The notes: a model not told the origin generated them from the letters alone. Shown: positions 30,579 through 41,581, counted from the first letter of the stretch. The stretch is 64,000 nt of DNA from Sedimenticola sp. (GCA_040505915.1 JBEVXV010000863.1:12156-76155), one strand, 5' to 3'. A program made the numbers and translations.

Positions 30579-32573
30579 CTACCTCCCAAAGGCGCCAATA
30601 AGCGTATCAAAGATGACTCCCGCCACGGAAACTACCCGCGCAGACGCTTGATACGCCTGCTGGAACTTCATCAGATTGGCCGCCTCTTCATCGAGGTTAA
30701 CGCCAGAGATACTGGCAAGCGTATTCTCCTGGACGGTCAGCAGCCCTTTCTGGGCGTTGTAGTTGGTATTGGCCTGATGTGCCAAGGAACCGATATCGGC
30801 CACCATCTGGCCAAATATCCCCTGTATGGTAGAAGTACCACCTGACATCAAAAGCTCTCTTCCCATGGAGCTCATACCCAGAGCGTTACGGTTGTCGGCA
30901 GTACCGCTGCTGTTGTTGCCGATAACCAACTGATCACCCACTACGGGTGCACCACTGATATCAAAGGTGAGTCCTCCATAGGCACTGAACTGGGTTGGGT
31001 TGGTACCATCAGGGAACGATTTACCCGACACATCGGTGCCTGCCGGATCATATAGAATGAAGTTGTTCGGTGCCCCTGGACCACCGGTTATAACAAAGCC
31101 ACGGTTACCTGAACCGTCCGCATCGACCGAATAGGTTAGGGTGATAGCAGAAGAGAGGGGCAGGCCGGTGGCGCTGGTGGTAGAGGCCTGTGTGATCAAG
31201 GCCGACCCGGTATTGACCGGATGGCCATTGGCATCGGTCACCTCGTTAGCCCGCAGTGCACCGGCAGCGGCTATTCTGTTAGTGTCATTGATTAACAGTG
31301 TAACCTCTCCAGCGGCCTCGCGGGTGGGTTGCAATAGGAAGGAGTCACCCGCCACCAGACCACTGGCTCCGGTGATGGAGAGGGTAAAACCGTCGGTCAC
31401 CCCAGGCAGGGCTGAATCCACCGCAGTGGTCACTCCATCTGAGAGACGCGTCAATGTATAACTGGTGCCTGAATTGTAACTCAGCCGATAATCAGATGCG
31501 GTGACATCTACCAGATCGGCGGCGGAGAAGGTTGCAGAAACGGTTGCCGATCCGGTATTGCCGCTGTTTCTGGTGCCGCTTAGGGTGATCGGCTGGAAAA
31601 AGTTGTTTCCCATCGACCCCAAAAGGTCGAGTCCCTGAATATGCTGGGCGTTGATGCTCTCAACCATGCCCACCGCCACTTGACCCAGCTGGTTCTGACC
31701 CGCATCAAGAAACTGCTCTCTAAACTCCAGCAAGCCCCCCAGCTTTCCGCCGGTAATTTGAGCTGTAACCTCTTCAGAACTAAAGCTGGTAACGAATGCG
31801 ACTCCAGGTTTATTCGCATCCTCCGGATCGTTATAGACTCCCAGGGTGGTGTGTTGTGCGCCAATTACCAGCCCTTGGCCGGTTCCAATAGCGACATTGT
31901 AAGCACCGTCATCCTGTTCAAAAACCTGAATATCGACTAGTTTGGCAAGCCCTTTAAGCAGGGTCTCGCGCTGGTCAAGCAGGTCGTTGGGGGTGGTTTG
32001 TCTCCCGGAATGTGCCGCTTCAATGATCTCCTGGTTGATCGTTGCAATGGCACCGGCCAGGGTATTAATGTCGGTCATCGCTTGTGACAACTTCTGATTG
32101 GTCTCGCGTCGAATATCGTCGTACTGACGGTCAAAAAAGGCAAACCTGGCGGTCAGTGACTCCGCTTCAGCCAGGACTACCTGACGCGCCGCCGCCGACC
32201 CTGGATCATCTGAAAGGGTCTGCATGGCATTGAAGAAGCTCTGTATTGTCGGGTCCATACCCACCAGCGGATCGGCCAACAGGTCATCCAGACGGCTGGC
32301 ATTCTCCGATAGCGTCTCCGCCTTAGAGGTGATCGACTGGGTGACGCGGATCTGGGCAGCAATAAAGTCATCGTAATAGCGCTGCACAGCAGCGGCATCG
32401 ACACCGTTGCCGAGCCAGCCGTTGCCGCTAAAGCTGGGGGCTCTGACCTCAAAGTCGACCCGCTGACGGCTGTAGCCTTCGGTATTGGCGTTGGATACGT
32501 TGTGCCCCACGGTATTGATGGCACGCTGATACGCCTGCAATCCGGAGGAGGCAATACCGAGTAAAGTAGCCAT
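30579..32573 (-). CDS. flgK: Hook-associated protein 1 FlgK
   Basis: GHNVSNANTEGYSRQ, NDLLDQR, SGVNLDEEAANLMKFQQAYQA. Confidence 0.96.
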   Translation of the reverse strand: MATLLGIASSGLQAYQRAINTVGHNVSNANTEGYSRQRVDFEVRAPSFSGNGWLGNGVDAAAVQRYYDDFIAAQIRVTQSITSKAETLSENASRLDDLLADPLVGMDPTIQSFFNAMQTLSDDPGSAAARQVVLAEAESLTARFAFFDRQYDDIRRETNQKLSQAMTDINTLAGAIATINQEIIEAAHSGRQTTPNDLLDQRETLLKGLAKLVDIQVFEQDDGAYNVAIGTGQGLVIGAQHTTLGVYNDPEDANKPGVAFVTSFSSEEVTAQITGGKLGGLLEFREQFLDAGQNQLGQVAVGMVESINAQHIQGLDLLGSMGNNFFQPITLSGTRNSGNTGSATVSATFSAADLVDVTASDYRLSYNSGTSYTLTRLSDGVTTAVDSALPGVTDGFTLSITGASGLVAGDSFLLQPTREAAGEVTLLINDTNRIAAAGALRANEVTDANGHPVNTGSALITQASTTSATGLPLSSAITLTYSVDADGSGNRGFVITGGPGAPNNFILYDPAGTDVSGKSFPDGTNPTQFSAYGGLTFDISGAPVVGDQLVIGNNSSGTADNRNALGMSSMGRELLMSGGTSTIQGIFGQMVADIGSLAHQANTNYNAQKGLLTVQENTLASISGVNLDEEAANLMKFQQAYQASARVVSVAGVIFDTLIGAFGR

Positions 32574-32628
32574 GATTCTTTCCAGTTCCTCGGTAGAGCG
32601 TGCCGTGACGGCACGCTCTACCTACTCT

Positions 32629-33585
32629 CTATAGCGGCTCACCGGCAGCCGCCTTAAACTTGGCAAGCGCCGACCGCAGTTGATCACCAGCCAGTATACT
32701 GCTGATCTTATTTGCATATTTTGGATCTGTGGCATAACCGGCCCGTTGTAGCTCGGAGAAGTAGCGTTGGCTGTCATCCGTAGCTTCCAGTGCTTTGCTA
32801 TAACGGGGGCTGTTACTGATAAAATCCACATAATCGCGAAAACTCTCCCGGTAGTTATCATAAGCCCTGAAGTGGTCACGCCGTTTAACAGCAACACCTT
32901 CTTGGTACTCCAGGGTATCCACCTTCACCCGCTCTCCATCCCAGCGTTGATCTGCCTTAATGCCGAACAGGTTATTAGCGGGCTGACCGCCAGTGTCACG
33001 CATCATATGCCTGCCCCAGCCAGTCTCCAGTGCGGCCTGGGCCAGCAGCGCCTGGGGTTGGATGCCGATCAGTTTTGCCGCTTCACTGGCCCAGGGCATA
33101 AGCTGTTGGACAAAATCGTCTATATTCCAGCCTGCCGGATCATTCTCCGGTGGCAGCGGCTGGACGGGGCCACTCTCTTCAACCACGGAGGCATCTCTCT
33201 CCGTTGTGACCGGGGACCCTATCTCCGGCTTTAGGTGCGGCGCATCACGACCGTAGTCACCTAGCTCTTTAGCCGCAATCTCCCCACCATCCCGCGCCTG
33301 CATTTGACGAATAATCACATCCGCCAGTCCCATACCACCACTCTCTGCCATATGAATGGCAAGCTGCTGATCATGCATGTCACGATAGAAGAGACTCTGA
33401 TCGCTATCCATCAGCCCTTTGCCCAGACTGGCCTGACGCATGGTCTTCAACATCTGCTGGATAAAGAGGGACTCAAACTGCTGGGCGACCTTCTTTAGGG
33501 CGCCATCGGCATCTTTTGATGCCATCGCCTTGAGCTCGCCAAGACCCTGAAAATCTGTATAGATAGAGGTGTCACCGATATTCAT
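32629..33585 (-). CDS. flgJ: Rod assembly protein/muramidase FlgJ
   Basis: AQQFESLF..MLKTMR, AQAALETGWG, NNLFGIKA, GYATDPKY. Confidence 0.96.
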   Translation of the reverse strand: MNIGDTSIYTDFQGLGELKAMASKDADGALKKVAQQFESLFIQQMLKTMRQASLGKGLMDSDQSLFYRDMHDQQLAIHMAESGGMGLADVIIRQMQARDGGEIAAKELGDYGRDAPHLKPEIGSPVTTERDASVVEESGPVQPLPPENDPAGWNIDDFVQQLMPWASEAAKLIGIQPQALLAQAALETGWGRHMMRDTGGQPANNLFGIKADQRWDGERVKVDTLEYQEGVAVKRRDHFRAYDNYRESFRDYVDFISNSPRYSKALEATDDSQRYFSELQRAGYATDPKYANKISSILAGDQLRSALAKFKAAAGEPL

Positions 33586-34766
33586 CAGATCACCACCAGC
33601 TCCGCCTTGAGCGCTCCGGCTTGCTTCAACGCCTCAAGAATGGCAACTAGATCAGAGGGTGAAGCACCTACCTGATTGACCGCTCTCACCACCGCATCCA
33701 GCGTGGTGCCGGGGTTGAAGAGGAACATCCTGCTGCCCCCATCGGCAACATCTACCTGGGATACGGGTGAGGCAACGGTGGTTCCACCGGAGAGTGCACC
33801 GGGCTGCGATACCTCGGTGCTCTCACTGATGGTAACCGTAAGACTGCCGTGAGAAACCGCTGCCGGCGTGACCCGCACTTCACTGCTAATGACTACTGTG
33901 CCGGTACGTGAGTTAACGATAATACGTGCCGGTGCGATACCGGGTTTTACCCGCAGATTTTCAATCAGTGAGATAAAGCTGACCCGCTGGGAAGGGTCAC
34001 GAGGGCTATTAACCCGGATAGATGTGGCATCTTCAGCCACCGCCACTCCAGGACCAATGGATTCATTGATCGACTCCACAACACGTTGCGCGGTGGTAAA
34101 ATCACCTTCGTGAAGGTAAAGGGTAAGCGAGTTACCCTGGGCGAAGGCGTTAGGCACCGTGCGCTCTACCGTGGCACCGCCAGGGATACGCCCAACACTG
34201 GGAATATTGATGGTAATGCTTGACCCATCGGCACCAGAGGCACTCAGGCCACCAACCACCAAGTTACCCTGAGCAACCGCGTAGACCTTGCCGTCGGCCC
34301 CTTTCAGAGGGGACATTAACAGGGTGCCGCCCCGCAGGCTCTTGGCATCACCGACAGACGAGGCGGTGATATCGATCCTCTGACCCGGTTTGGCAAACGG
34401 TGGCAACTCGGCATGGAGCGTCACAGCAGCAACATTTTTAGGTTTAATCGCGGTACCAGGAGGCACCACCACACCCAGTTGCGTCAGCATGCTGCGCAGG
34501 CTCTGCTCGGTATAGGGAGCAGAGTTCATCTTGTCACCCGTACCGTTAAGACCGACCACCAAACCGTAACCTATAAGCTGGTTGCTACGTACACCGGCGA
34601 TGGAGGAGATATCTTTTATCCGCTCAGCTCGCGCGGGAGAGAGCAGGCTCATCACCGCAAAAAGCATGGCGACCAGGGCGAGATAGAGGCCGATCCTGCC
34701 ACTGATGTGGCGGTAACTCTGTGGTTGATTCGGTTTACTGATGGCTGAATGTCTCATCATGATCAC
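33585..34766 (-). CDS. flgI: P-ring protein FlgI
   Basis: [32 protein letters not shown]; exact start uncertain. Confidence 0.96.
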   Translation of the reverse strand: MIMMRHSAISKPNQPQSYRHISGRIGLYLALVAMLFAVMSLLSPARAERIKDISSIAGVRSNQLIGYGLVVGLNGTGDKMNSAPYTEQSLRSMLTQLGVVVPPGTAIKPKNVAAVTLHAELPPFAKPGQRIDITASSVGDAKSLRGGTLLMSPLKGADGKVYAVAQGNLVVGGLSASGADGSSITINIPSVGRIPGGATVERTVPNAFAQGNSLTLYLHEGDFTTAQRVVESINESIGPGVAVAEDATSIRVNSPRDPSQRVSFISLIENLRVKPGIAPARIIVNSRTGTVVISSEVRVTPAAVSHGSLTVTISESTEVSQPGALSGGTTVASPVSQVDVADGGSRMFLFNPGTTLDAVVRAVNQVGASPSDLVAILEALKQAGALKAELVVI

Positions 34767-35489
34767 CTAGAAGGGAAAGAGGGCGCTGACAAAGAACTTG
34801 GCCAGCCAGCCCATGGCATTGGAGTCGGCAACCGCCCCATCGCCGACATAGACAAAAGTGGGGTCCGCCATCTTGGTGGAGAGCACCGTATTGGTAGAGT
34901 CGATATCGGCAGGACGAACAATACCCGAAACCTTCACATACTCATTACCCTGGTTGATACCGATCCGTTTTTCACCCCGAACAACCAGGTAGCCGTTGGC
35001 CAGCAACTCGACGACTGTCACCGTCAGATCACCACTCAGGTTATTACTCTGGGAGCTATCACCGGAGCCTGCAAACGAGTTGCTGGACTCCAGGTCAAAA
35101 CCCAGATTATTGTTACTGTTGCTGGCCAGCGGTAATACACTAGGCGTATTAAACTGCGGAGTGGTTCCCAAAATAGTGGGGTTAGTAATACTGGTGGAGT
35201 TGCTCTTATCGACACTAGTCGCCGCATTTTTAGAGGCGTTGGTCTGCTCCACCAGTTTGATGGTTAGCATATCGCCGACGCGGCGGGCACGGGTATTTTC
35301 AAACCATGAGTGCTCATAACCCGCCTGATAGATAGCCCCATTACCCTGAGGGGTAGGGGGTGCCACAACGGGGCGCACTGGCGCGTATTCAGGATCTCTC
35401 TTTGGTACGCTACCATTACAACCGACCAGGCTCATTGCCGTCAGTGTCAACAGTGTCAATGTGAGAAGCCGTTTCATGCCATTACCCAC
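34767..35489 (-). CDS. flgH: L-ring lipoprotein FlgH
   Basis: Lipobox LVGC, RARRVGD, SGIVRPADI, GWLAKFF. Confidence 0.95.
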   Translation of the reverse strand: MGNGMKRLLTLTLLTLTAMSLVGCNGSVPKRDPEYAPVRPVVAPPTPQGNGAIYQAGYEHSWFENTRARRVGDMLTIKLVEQTNASKNAATSVDKSNSTSITNPTILGTTPQFNTPSVLPLASNSNNNLGFDLESSNSFAGSGDSSQSNNLSGDLTVTVVELLANGYLVVRGEKRIGINQGNEYVKVSGIVRPADIDSTNTVLSTKMADPTFVYVGDGAVADSNAMGWLAKFFVSALFPF

Positions 35490-35495
35490 CTGCCA

Positions 35496-36281
35496 TTACA
35501 GCTGGTTGTTTACATAAGCCAACATCTCATCGGTGGTTGAGATCACCTTGGAGTTCATCTCATAGGCGCGCTGGGTCTCAATCATATTGACCATCTCTTC
35601 CACTACATTGACGTTGGAGCTCTCCAGGGAACCCTGGATCAGAGTGCCGAGTCCATCGCTACCCGGTGTGGCAGTCGTCGCCGCACCACTGGCGCCTGTC
35701 TCCCTATAGAGGTTCTGACCCACGGCGGAGAGACCGGTAGGGTTGATGAAATCAGCCAGCTCGATGGTGCCGATCTGGGTAGGCGCACTACCACCAGCAA
35801 GGAGTGCAGAGACCACTCCATCGGAGCCAACCGTGATACTGAGAGCACTGGCCGGTACGGTGATCGCCGGTTCCAGAGCGTAGCCATTATTGGTAACGAC
35901 CTGTCCATCGGCGCTCATATTGAATGAGCCATCACGGGTATAGACGATAGAGCCATCGGGATGCAGTACCTGCAGGAAACCCCGCCCTTCGACAGCGATA
36001 TCCAGCGAATTGCCTGTCTGGGTCACGTTGCCCTGAGTAAACAACTTCTGGGTAGAGACCGTCTGTACGCCGGTACCAATCGCCAGTCCGGAGGGGAGCT
36101 GAGTCTCTTGAGATGACTGTGCTCCTACTTGACGAACATTCTGATAAATAAGATCTTCGAATGCGGCGCGGTCTCGTTTAAAACCCGTGGTGGAGACATT
36201 GGCGAGGTTATTGGCGATAGTCGCCATCCGTGTCTGTTGAGCATCTAAACCTGTTTTTGCAATCCAGAGTGCGGGATACAT
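35496..36281 (-). CDS. flgG: Distal rod protein FlgG
   Basis: [33 protein letters not shown]. Confidence 0.97.
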   Translation of the reverse strand: MYPALWIAKTGLDAQQTRMATIANNLANVSTTGFKRDRAAFEDLIYQNVRQVGAQSSQETQLPSGLAIGTGVQTVSTQKLFTQGNVTQTGNSLDIAVEGRGFLQVLHPDGSIVYTRDGSFNMSADGQVVTNNGYALEPAITVPASALSITVGSDGVVSALLAGGSAPTQIGTIELADFINPTGLSAVGQNLYRETGASGAATTATPGSDGLGTLIQGSLESSNVNVVEEMVNMIETQRAYEMNSKVISTTDEMLAYVNNQL

Positions 36282-36341
36282 AATCCACCTTCCTATTTAG
36301 TCTCTTCTCTATTACCCAATTACGTTGCAATTAACCTGCCA

Positions 36342-37082
36342 TCAGGAGATTTTCAGTATACTGGTGGAGCCCTCTTCCATCTTCTCCGACTTTGACATCA
36401 CCTTTACCTGCAACTCAAAGCGCCTGGAGAGTTCGATCATATCGACCATGGAGTCCACTATATTGACGTTGCTGCTCTCAATGGTGCCAGTAGCCAGCCC
36501 GACCTCCGCATCGGCATCAGCTTCCTCGCCACTGCGCAATCTGAGCAGTCCATCCTCACCTTTATCCAGCTCCTCAAGTGGCGGATTGACCATTTTAATC
36601 CGATCGATCACCGCCAATTCATTGGCGGCCTGGCCGACGGGCTTAATTGAGATAGTTCCATCAGAGGCGATATAGAGCGTTTCAGCAGGGGGGATGGCAA
36701 TCGGCCCACCATTGCCCATCACCGGCAAGCCGTTGCCGGTGGTCAGCATACCGTTGAGATCGATTTTGAGGTCTCCGCGACGGGTATAGGCTTCACCACC
36801 ATCGCGGGACTGAACTGCAAACCAGCCTTTTCCGTTCATCGCCACATCAAGATCACGGCCGGTATGTACCAAGGCACCCCGTTGAAATTCGAGCCCCGGA
36901 CGGTCAGTCAACGCATAGACACGGGTCGGCATTCCGTCACCATACACCGGCATACTGCGTGCCTGCTGCAGATCGGCGACAAAACCGGGTGTATTGGCAT
37001 TAGCGAGATTATTGGCGTTGGCTGCATGGGCGAGAAGAGTCTCTTTGGCTCCACTCATGGCAACATAGATGACGCGATCCAT
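36342..37082 (-). CDS. flgF: Proximal rod protein FlgF
   Basis: MDRVIYVAMSGA, ANNLANANTPGF, TGRDLDVA. Confidence 0.95.
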   Translation of the reverse strand: MDRVIYVAMSGAKETLLAHAANANNLANANTPGFVADLQQARSMPVYGDGMPTRVYALTDRPGLEFQRGALVHTGRDLDVAMNGKGWFAVQSRDGGEAYTRRGDLKIDLNGMLTTGNGLPVMGNGGPIAIPPAETLYIASDGTISIKPVGQAANELAVIDRIKMVNPPLEELDKGEDGLLRLRSGEEADADAEVGLATGTIESSNVNIVDSMVDMIELSRRFELQVKVMSKSEKMEEGSTSILKIS

Positions 37083-37156
37083 AATGTACCTCATTAAGAA
37101 GAGGCGACCCACTTCAGGTTGTCATGTCAGACAACTGAAGCAGGCCACTTGCTGCT

Positions 37157-38389
37157 TTACCTGATATTGATGACGGCCTGGGTTACCTGGTCAGAGGTGG
37201 TGATCGCCTTGGCACTCGCCTGGAAATTACGTTGCGCCACAATCAGCTTTACCAGCTGGGAGGCGATATCAACATTGGACAATTCAAGGGCACCACTCTG
37301 AATACTACCGAAGCTGGAGGTACCGGCCTCGCCCAACTGAGCGTCACCGGATTCAAAGGTTTCGGTCCAGTTGTTGCCGCCCTCTTTACCCATGCCACTC
37401 GGATTGTTGAACTTAGCCAGCACCACCTGACCGAGGGAGGTAGAACGCCCGTTAGTGAAGCGGGCAAATACCACGCCGGTATCATCAACGTCGATGCCAT
37501 TTAGACGGCCTGAGGTATAACCATCCTGGGAGAGATCATTGACCCCAAATTCACCGGCATATTGGGTGGCGGTGTTAAAATCCAACTCCAGAGAGATCGC
37601 TGCCGCACCGTTGGTGAAAGCGTATGGCCCAAAGCTGACAATACCATCACCGCCACTACTGACGGGAACAAGAGCACCGGCAGAGTCAAAGACAATCACT
37701 TCCGGCCCATCAGCTGTACCACCATCAATACTCTGATAGACCTGCCAGGTATTTGCCGCAGTTTTGCGGAAATACATGGTGGCGGTATGGGAATCTCCCA
37801 AGGAGTCGTATATCGTTATTGATGAGGCGCTGTTGTACATAGTTGCCGTAGGGGCCGCAGGTACAAATGCCACGGTTGGAGCTATATCCGAGGCGTTGAT
37901 ATTGAGGCCTGCAATGATTTCGGTCGATGGATTAGGTGCACTGGGCTGAAGATTAAGCTGCAGATCAGCCACCGTACCCGTATCAAAGTCACCCGAATCT
38001 CCCAGGGGTGGATAGGCCTGCAACGACTGAGCGGCATGATTTACAATGTAGCCCTCGCGGTCGACACTCAATGCCCCGGCACGGCTGTAATAACGACTAC
38101 CTACAGCATCTTCGAGAACGAAGAAACCCTCACCATTGATCGCCAGATCAAGGTTATTGGAGGTAAACTCCACCGTCCCCTGGCTAAACTGCTGAGAGAC
38201 CCTGGCGACACGGACACCACGCCCTGCGGCCTGGGTACCCAAATCCTGAATTGATGTGGCGTAGATATCGGTAAATTCCGCCCGTGACTGCTTGAAGCCG
38301 GTAGTCGCAACGTTGGCGATATTGTTGCCCGTTACGTCTAGTTCTGTTTGGGCTGCTGCAAGCCCACTCAATGCAACCTGAAAAGACAT
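37157..38389 (-). CDS. flgE: Hook protein FlgE
   Basis: GNNIANVATTGFK, QDGYTSG, LELSNVD...AQRNFQA. Confidence 0.97.
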   Translation of the reverse strand: MSFQVALSGLAAAQTELDVTGNNIANVATTGFKQSRAEFTDIYATSIQDLGTQAAGRGVRVARVSQQFSQGTVEFTSNNLDLAINGEGFFVLEDAVGSRYYSRAGALSVDREGYIVNHAAQSLQAYPPLGDSGDFDTGTVADLQLNLQPSAPNPSTEIIAGLNINASDIAPTVAFVPAAPTATMYNSASSITIYDSLGDSHTATMYFRKTAANTWQVYQSIDGGTADGPEVIVFDSAGALVPVSSGGDGIVSFGPYAFTNGAAAISLELDFNTATQYAGEFGVNDLSQDGYTSGRLNGIDVDDTGVVFARFTNGRSTSLGQVVLAKFNNPSGMGKEGGNNWTETFESGDAQLGEAGTSSFGSIQSGALELSNVDIASQLVKLIVAQRNFQASAKAITTSDQVTQAVINIR

Positions 38390-38407
38390 GACATGCTCCT
38401 CTTATCT

Positions 38408-39088
38408 TCAGTTGATCTGTTTTACTTGGTCAAAAGCCACAGGGCCTAGCCCACCCAGGTTCAGAGTAAGCCCCTGACCTGCACCACCGATGGTGACACT
38501 CTCCACCGGTGCAAACAGCTGTGGTTGGAGTGCTTCAACACTCTCACCCCCACCCGCGTCTATCTGAACTGTGTAATACCCGGGATTGGCATAATCACCG
38601 CTATCGGTGATCCCATCCCATGAAAACCGCACCGAGCCTCCCGCCCGGTCACCTAGATTGAGCTCTCTCACCAGCTGTCCCGCCACATCACTGATACGGA
38701 CCACCACATCTGCGCTCTGAGCCAGCTCAACCTGGCCATTTATAGTGCCGCCACTGGCAAGATAGCCGCTATCCATCGGCACCAGAACATCCCGGCCGAT
38801 CAGGCTACCTGCCTGTAGCGCCTGATCTGAGGTCATAGTGGAGGAGAGCCCGGCAAAAGAGGCGTTCAACTTATCAAGTCCCGATACCGAGGCAAACTGA
38901 GACATTTGAGTAAGCATTTGTGAGTTATCCATCGGCTCAAATGGATCCTGATTATTCAATTGCGTAACCATCAGCTCAAGAAAGGTGTCCAGACCCATCT
39001 CTGCCGGGTCGCTTATCCGTTCCTTCTCTTTGAATGGCTGAATACCCAGACTGGTAAGCAGTTCGTCAGTAGCGCTGGTTGTAGTCAT
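38408..39088 (-). CDS. flgD: Hook capping protein FlgD
   Basis: FLELMVTQLNNQDPFEPMDN. Confidence 0.95.
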   Translation of the reverse strand: MTTTSATDELLTSLGIQPFKEKERISDPAEMGLDTFLELMVTQLNNQDPFEPMDNSQMLTQMSQFASVSGLDKLNASFAGLSSTMTSDQALQAGSLIGRDVLVPMDSGYLASGGTINGQVELAQSADVVVRISDVAGQLVRELNLGDRAGGSVRFSWDGITDSGDYANPGYYTVQIDAGGGESVEALQPQLFAPVESVTIGGAGQGLTLNLGGLGPVAFDQVKQIN

Positions 39089-39099
39089 CTCTAATCTCC

Positions 39100-39513
39100 T
39101 TACTCGCCCAATCTCAGGGTGGCCGACATCAGCTGTTTAGTGGCATTGACCACTTCCACATTACTCTGGTAACTACGGGAGGCGGATATCATATTGGCCA
39201 TCTCCTCCACCACATTGACATTGGGCCGGAAGATATAGCCCTCCTCATTGGCCAATGGATTGTTGGGTGCATACTCCATAAGCAATGGAGACTGGCTCTC
39301 AACAACACCTTTTACCTGAACACCCGTGGCCGGATCATCGGGATTGAGCTGATTAATGATGGCGGCAAAAACCGGATGTCTTGCCCGGTAGGTCTCACCG
39401 GTACTGCTGCCGATACTATCGACATTGGCGAGGTTACTGGAGACTAGGTTGAGCCTCATTGACTGGGCACTCATCCCGGAAGCGGCGGTATCAAAAATTT
39501 TAAACATCGACAT
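39100..39513 (-). CDS. flgC: Rod protein FlgC
   Basis: [30 protein letters not shown]. Confidence 0.97.
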   Translation of the reverse strand: MSMFKIFDTAASGMSAQSMRLNLVSSNLANVDSIGSSTGETYRARHPVFAAIINQLNPDDPATGVQVKGVVESQSPLLMEYAPNNPLANEEGYIFRPNVNVVEEMANMISASRSYQSNVEVVNATKQLMSATLRLGE

Positions 39514-39516
39514 GAT

Positions 39517-39906
39517 CTACTGCCCCTTGATAGCAAGTTTGAGCTTCTTGATAGCACCGCTGACAAAACGCAGGCTGGCCTGATACTCCAGGGCATTCGC
39601 TGCAAATGCGGTGTGTTCTAACTGGCTGTCTACCGTATTTCCATCCAGGCTGGACTGGTTGGGTACTCGATACTTCAGGTAACTGTCGGGTACCAATCCA
39701 CTATCCATCTGGATATGTTTGCTGTTGGTAGTCTTCATCCTGACAGGTGGAGGCATCTGCTGGTTAAGCAGCTCACGGAAATCGATATCCCTGGATTTAT
39801 ATCCCGGGGTATCCACATTGGCGATGTTGCCTGCCAGCACCTCCGCCCGACGGGCGTGCAGCTTCAGTGACTGCTCATGGATGCCGAAGATCTCATCTAG
39901 TTTCAT
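39517..39906 (-). CDS. flgB: Rod protein FlgB
   Basis: NIANVDTPGYKSRD, DGNTVD. Confidence 0.97.
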   Translation of the reverse strand: MKLDEIFGIHEQSLKLHARRAEVLAGNIANVDTPGYKSRDIDFRELLNQQMPPPVRMKTTNSKHIQMDSGLVPDSYLKYRVPNQSSLDGNTVDSQLEHTAFAANALEYQASLRFVSGAIKKLKLAIKGQ

Positions 39907-39945
39907 CTGCCTGCCCCTGAAAAGAATCTACTCACCGTTTCATAA

Positions 39946-39961
39946 AGCAGACTTTGTGCCA
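39946..39961 (-). promoter_or_regulatory. sigma54 -24/-12 promoter of the flgB operon
   Basis: TGGCACAAAGTCTGCT (GG-N10-GC), about 40 nt upstream of flgB. Confidence 0.7.
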
Positions 39962-40026
39962 AAGTAGTAAACACCCATTCACACACCGTTCAAATAGGTA
40001 ACTTCTCAAAAAGTCCGTGCCATAGT

Positions 40027-40077
40027 GGGTGCTTGGGGTCGGAGATAGCTCCCAAATAGGTATAGCTGAATAGTTAC
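40027..40077. mobile_element. Internally deleted GTAAC-MITE copy
   Basis: GGGTGCTTGGGGTCGGAG joined directly to ATAGCTCCCAAATAGGTATAGCTGAATAGTTAC. Confidence 0.7.
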
Positions 40078-40266
40078 TATTTTTTTTGACTTAAACAACA
40101 ACAGCGGCTTGATAAAATATCGGCTTCTCTGACGGGTAACCCACTTCAGCCGATAACGGTATTTATCAAGGAGAGAAGTGGGAAAGAGAGGATAAAAGCG
40201 GCAATCTGACACCGGCTAAGCGGCAAGAGGGCTCCGCCCATCACCGATCCAGCATCTCAGAACTGG

Positions 40267-41100
40267 CTACTGAATAATGCGATATACAATGCCACCCTGC
40301 CCTTTAACCATTTCAAAACGGTCGCTGTGGGCGGAGAGGGATTCAGTGGAACCGAGGAAGAGATAGCCGTTGGGCTTCAGCGCTGCGGCTAATCTGGAAA
40401 GCGTCTGGCGCTTCCTCTCGTTAGAGAAGTAGATCAGCACATTGCGGCAGAAGATGATGTCGAACTTACCCAGTAGCTGGAAGCCCTTTAACAGGTTCAG
40501 CTCCTTAAACCTAACCCGGGCTTTAATCTCCGGACGCACCTCCAGGCAATCCCCTTGAGGAACAAAATAACGCTGTTGCTGATCAGCACTGAGACCACGG
40601 GCAGCCGCCATACCGCAGTAGACCCCTCTCTTTGCCTCGGCCAGCGCACCAGAAGAGATATCAGTGGCAACTATCTGGGTATCAGAGAGCGGGCTCCGGG
40701 GATGATGTGAGAGGTACTCTTGCACCATCATACTGATGTTATACGGCTCCTGCCCCGATGAGCAGGCCGCAGACCATATAGAGAGACTATGCCCATTACC
40801 CGCCGCAAGCTCGGGGAAAAGTTGGTGGGTCAACAACTTGTAGTGAGATAGCTCACGAAACCAAAAGGTTTCGTTGGTGGTCATAGCATCTATCACCTCG
40901 TTCTGTAGTTGTGGCTCTCTCCCCGACTCCAGCTTTCCAAGTAGTTCGCCGACTGTTGCCACTCCGTAGTGGCGCATAAGCCCACCAAGCCTGCTGACCA
41001 CTAAATACTCTTTACCAGCCGACAACCTAATCCCGGAGACCGCTTCCAGAAATAGTTGAAATGCAGTGAAATCCTCATGGGATATAACGGCTTTATCCAT
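40267..41100 (-). CDS. cheR: Chemotaxis protein methyltransferase CheR
   Basis: MTTNETFWFRE, IWSAACSSGQEPY, FDIIFCRNVLIYF. Confidence 0.96.
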   Translation of the reverse strand: MDKAVISHEDFTAFQLFLEAVSGIRLSAGKEYLVVSRLGGLMRHYGVATVGELLGKLESGREPQLQNEVIDAMTTNETFWFRELSHYKLLTHQLFPELAAGNGHSLSIWSAACSSGQEPYNISMMVQEYLSHHPRSPLSDTQIVATDISSGALAEAKRGVYCGMAAARGLSADQQQRYFVPQGDCLEVRPEIKARVRFKELNLLKGFQLLGKFDIIFCRNVLIYFSNERKRQTLSRLAAALKPNGYLFLGSTESLSAHSDRFEMVKGQGGIVYRIIQ

Positions 41101-41103
41101 TAA

Positions 41104-41261
41104 GGAGCCTCTGAACAGATGTGGCCGAATTGATGGGTGCTCAGGAGGCACAAGATCAAGGGGCTGGTCGCAGCTGATAGCAGGCTATTAGCAAAATCTT
41201 CAATGCCGATATTGCGTCTCCTGAGTGTGAAGCAATCGGTCATGACTTGTTCAATGGCTCC
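41104..41261. mobile_element. 158-bp MITE flanked by a TTAA duplication (IS5-like ends)
   Basis: TTAA-GGAGCCTCTGAACA...TGTTCAATGGCTCC-TTAA (12/14 TIR match), with internal self-complementary segments. Confidence 0.78.
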
Positions 41262-41327
41262 TTAAATTGGCAATGGGTGGTATTTGGGGTCAGCGTAGCT
41301 AAATTATCTATTAGAGTGAACCCAACA

Positions 41328-41459
41328 GTAACTATCCCATAGGTGCTCGGGGCGGAGTCGATTGCGGTGAGGTTGTGATTAAATGCACCGATTTTCGCCG
41401 CAATCGACTCCGACCCCAGGTAAAAATAGCCGCATAACAGGGGCCACTGATATAGTTAC
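41328..41459. mobile_element. GTAAC-MITE with GGAGTCGATTGC palindromic core
   Basis: GTAACTAT...ATAGTTAC ends; flanks ACCCAACA/ACCCAACT (7/8 target duplication). Confidence 0.82.
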
Positions 41460-41565
41460 ACCCAACTACTCTTTAATATTAACGGGATATCGAAAAAAAA
41501 CAACGTACTATCCCAGACTGCATAACCACTATATTAGATCACTGCTGTCCACCTCACCCACAAGC

Positions 41566-41581
41566 AGGCATACAACTTGCT
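41566..41581 (+). promoter_or_regulatory. sigma54 -24/-12 promoter of flgA
   Basis: AGGCATACAACTTGCT (GG-N10-GC). Confidence 0.6.

Noticed and set aside
37112-37140. Hairpin between flgE and flgF as an ncRNA
   Set aside because: Single short imperfect stem; more simply an mRNA stability or processing element
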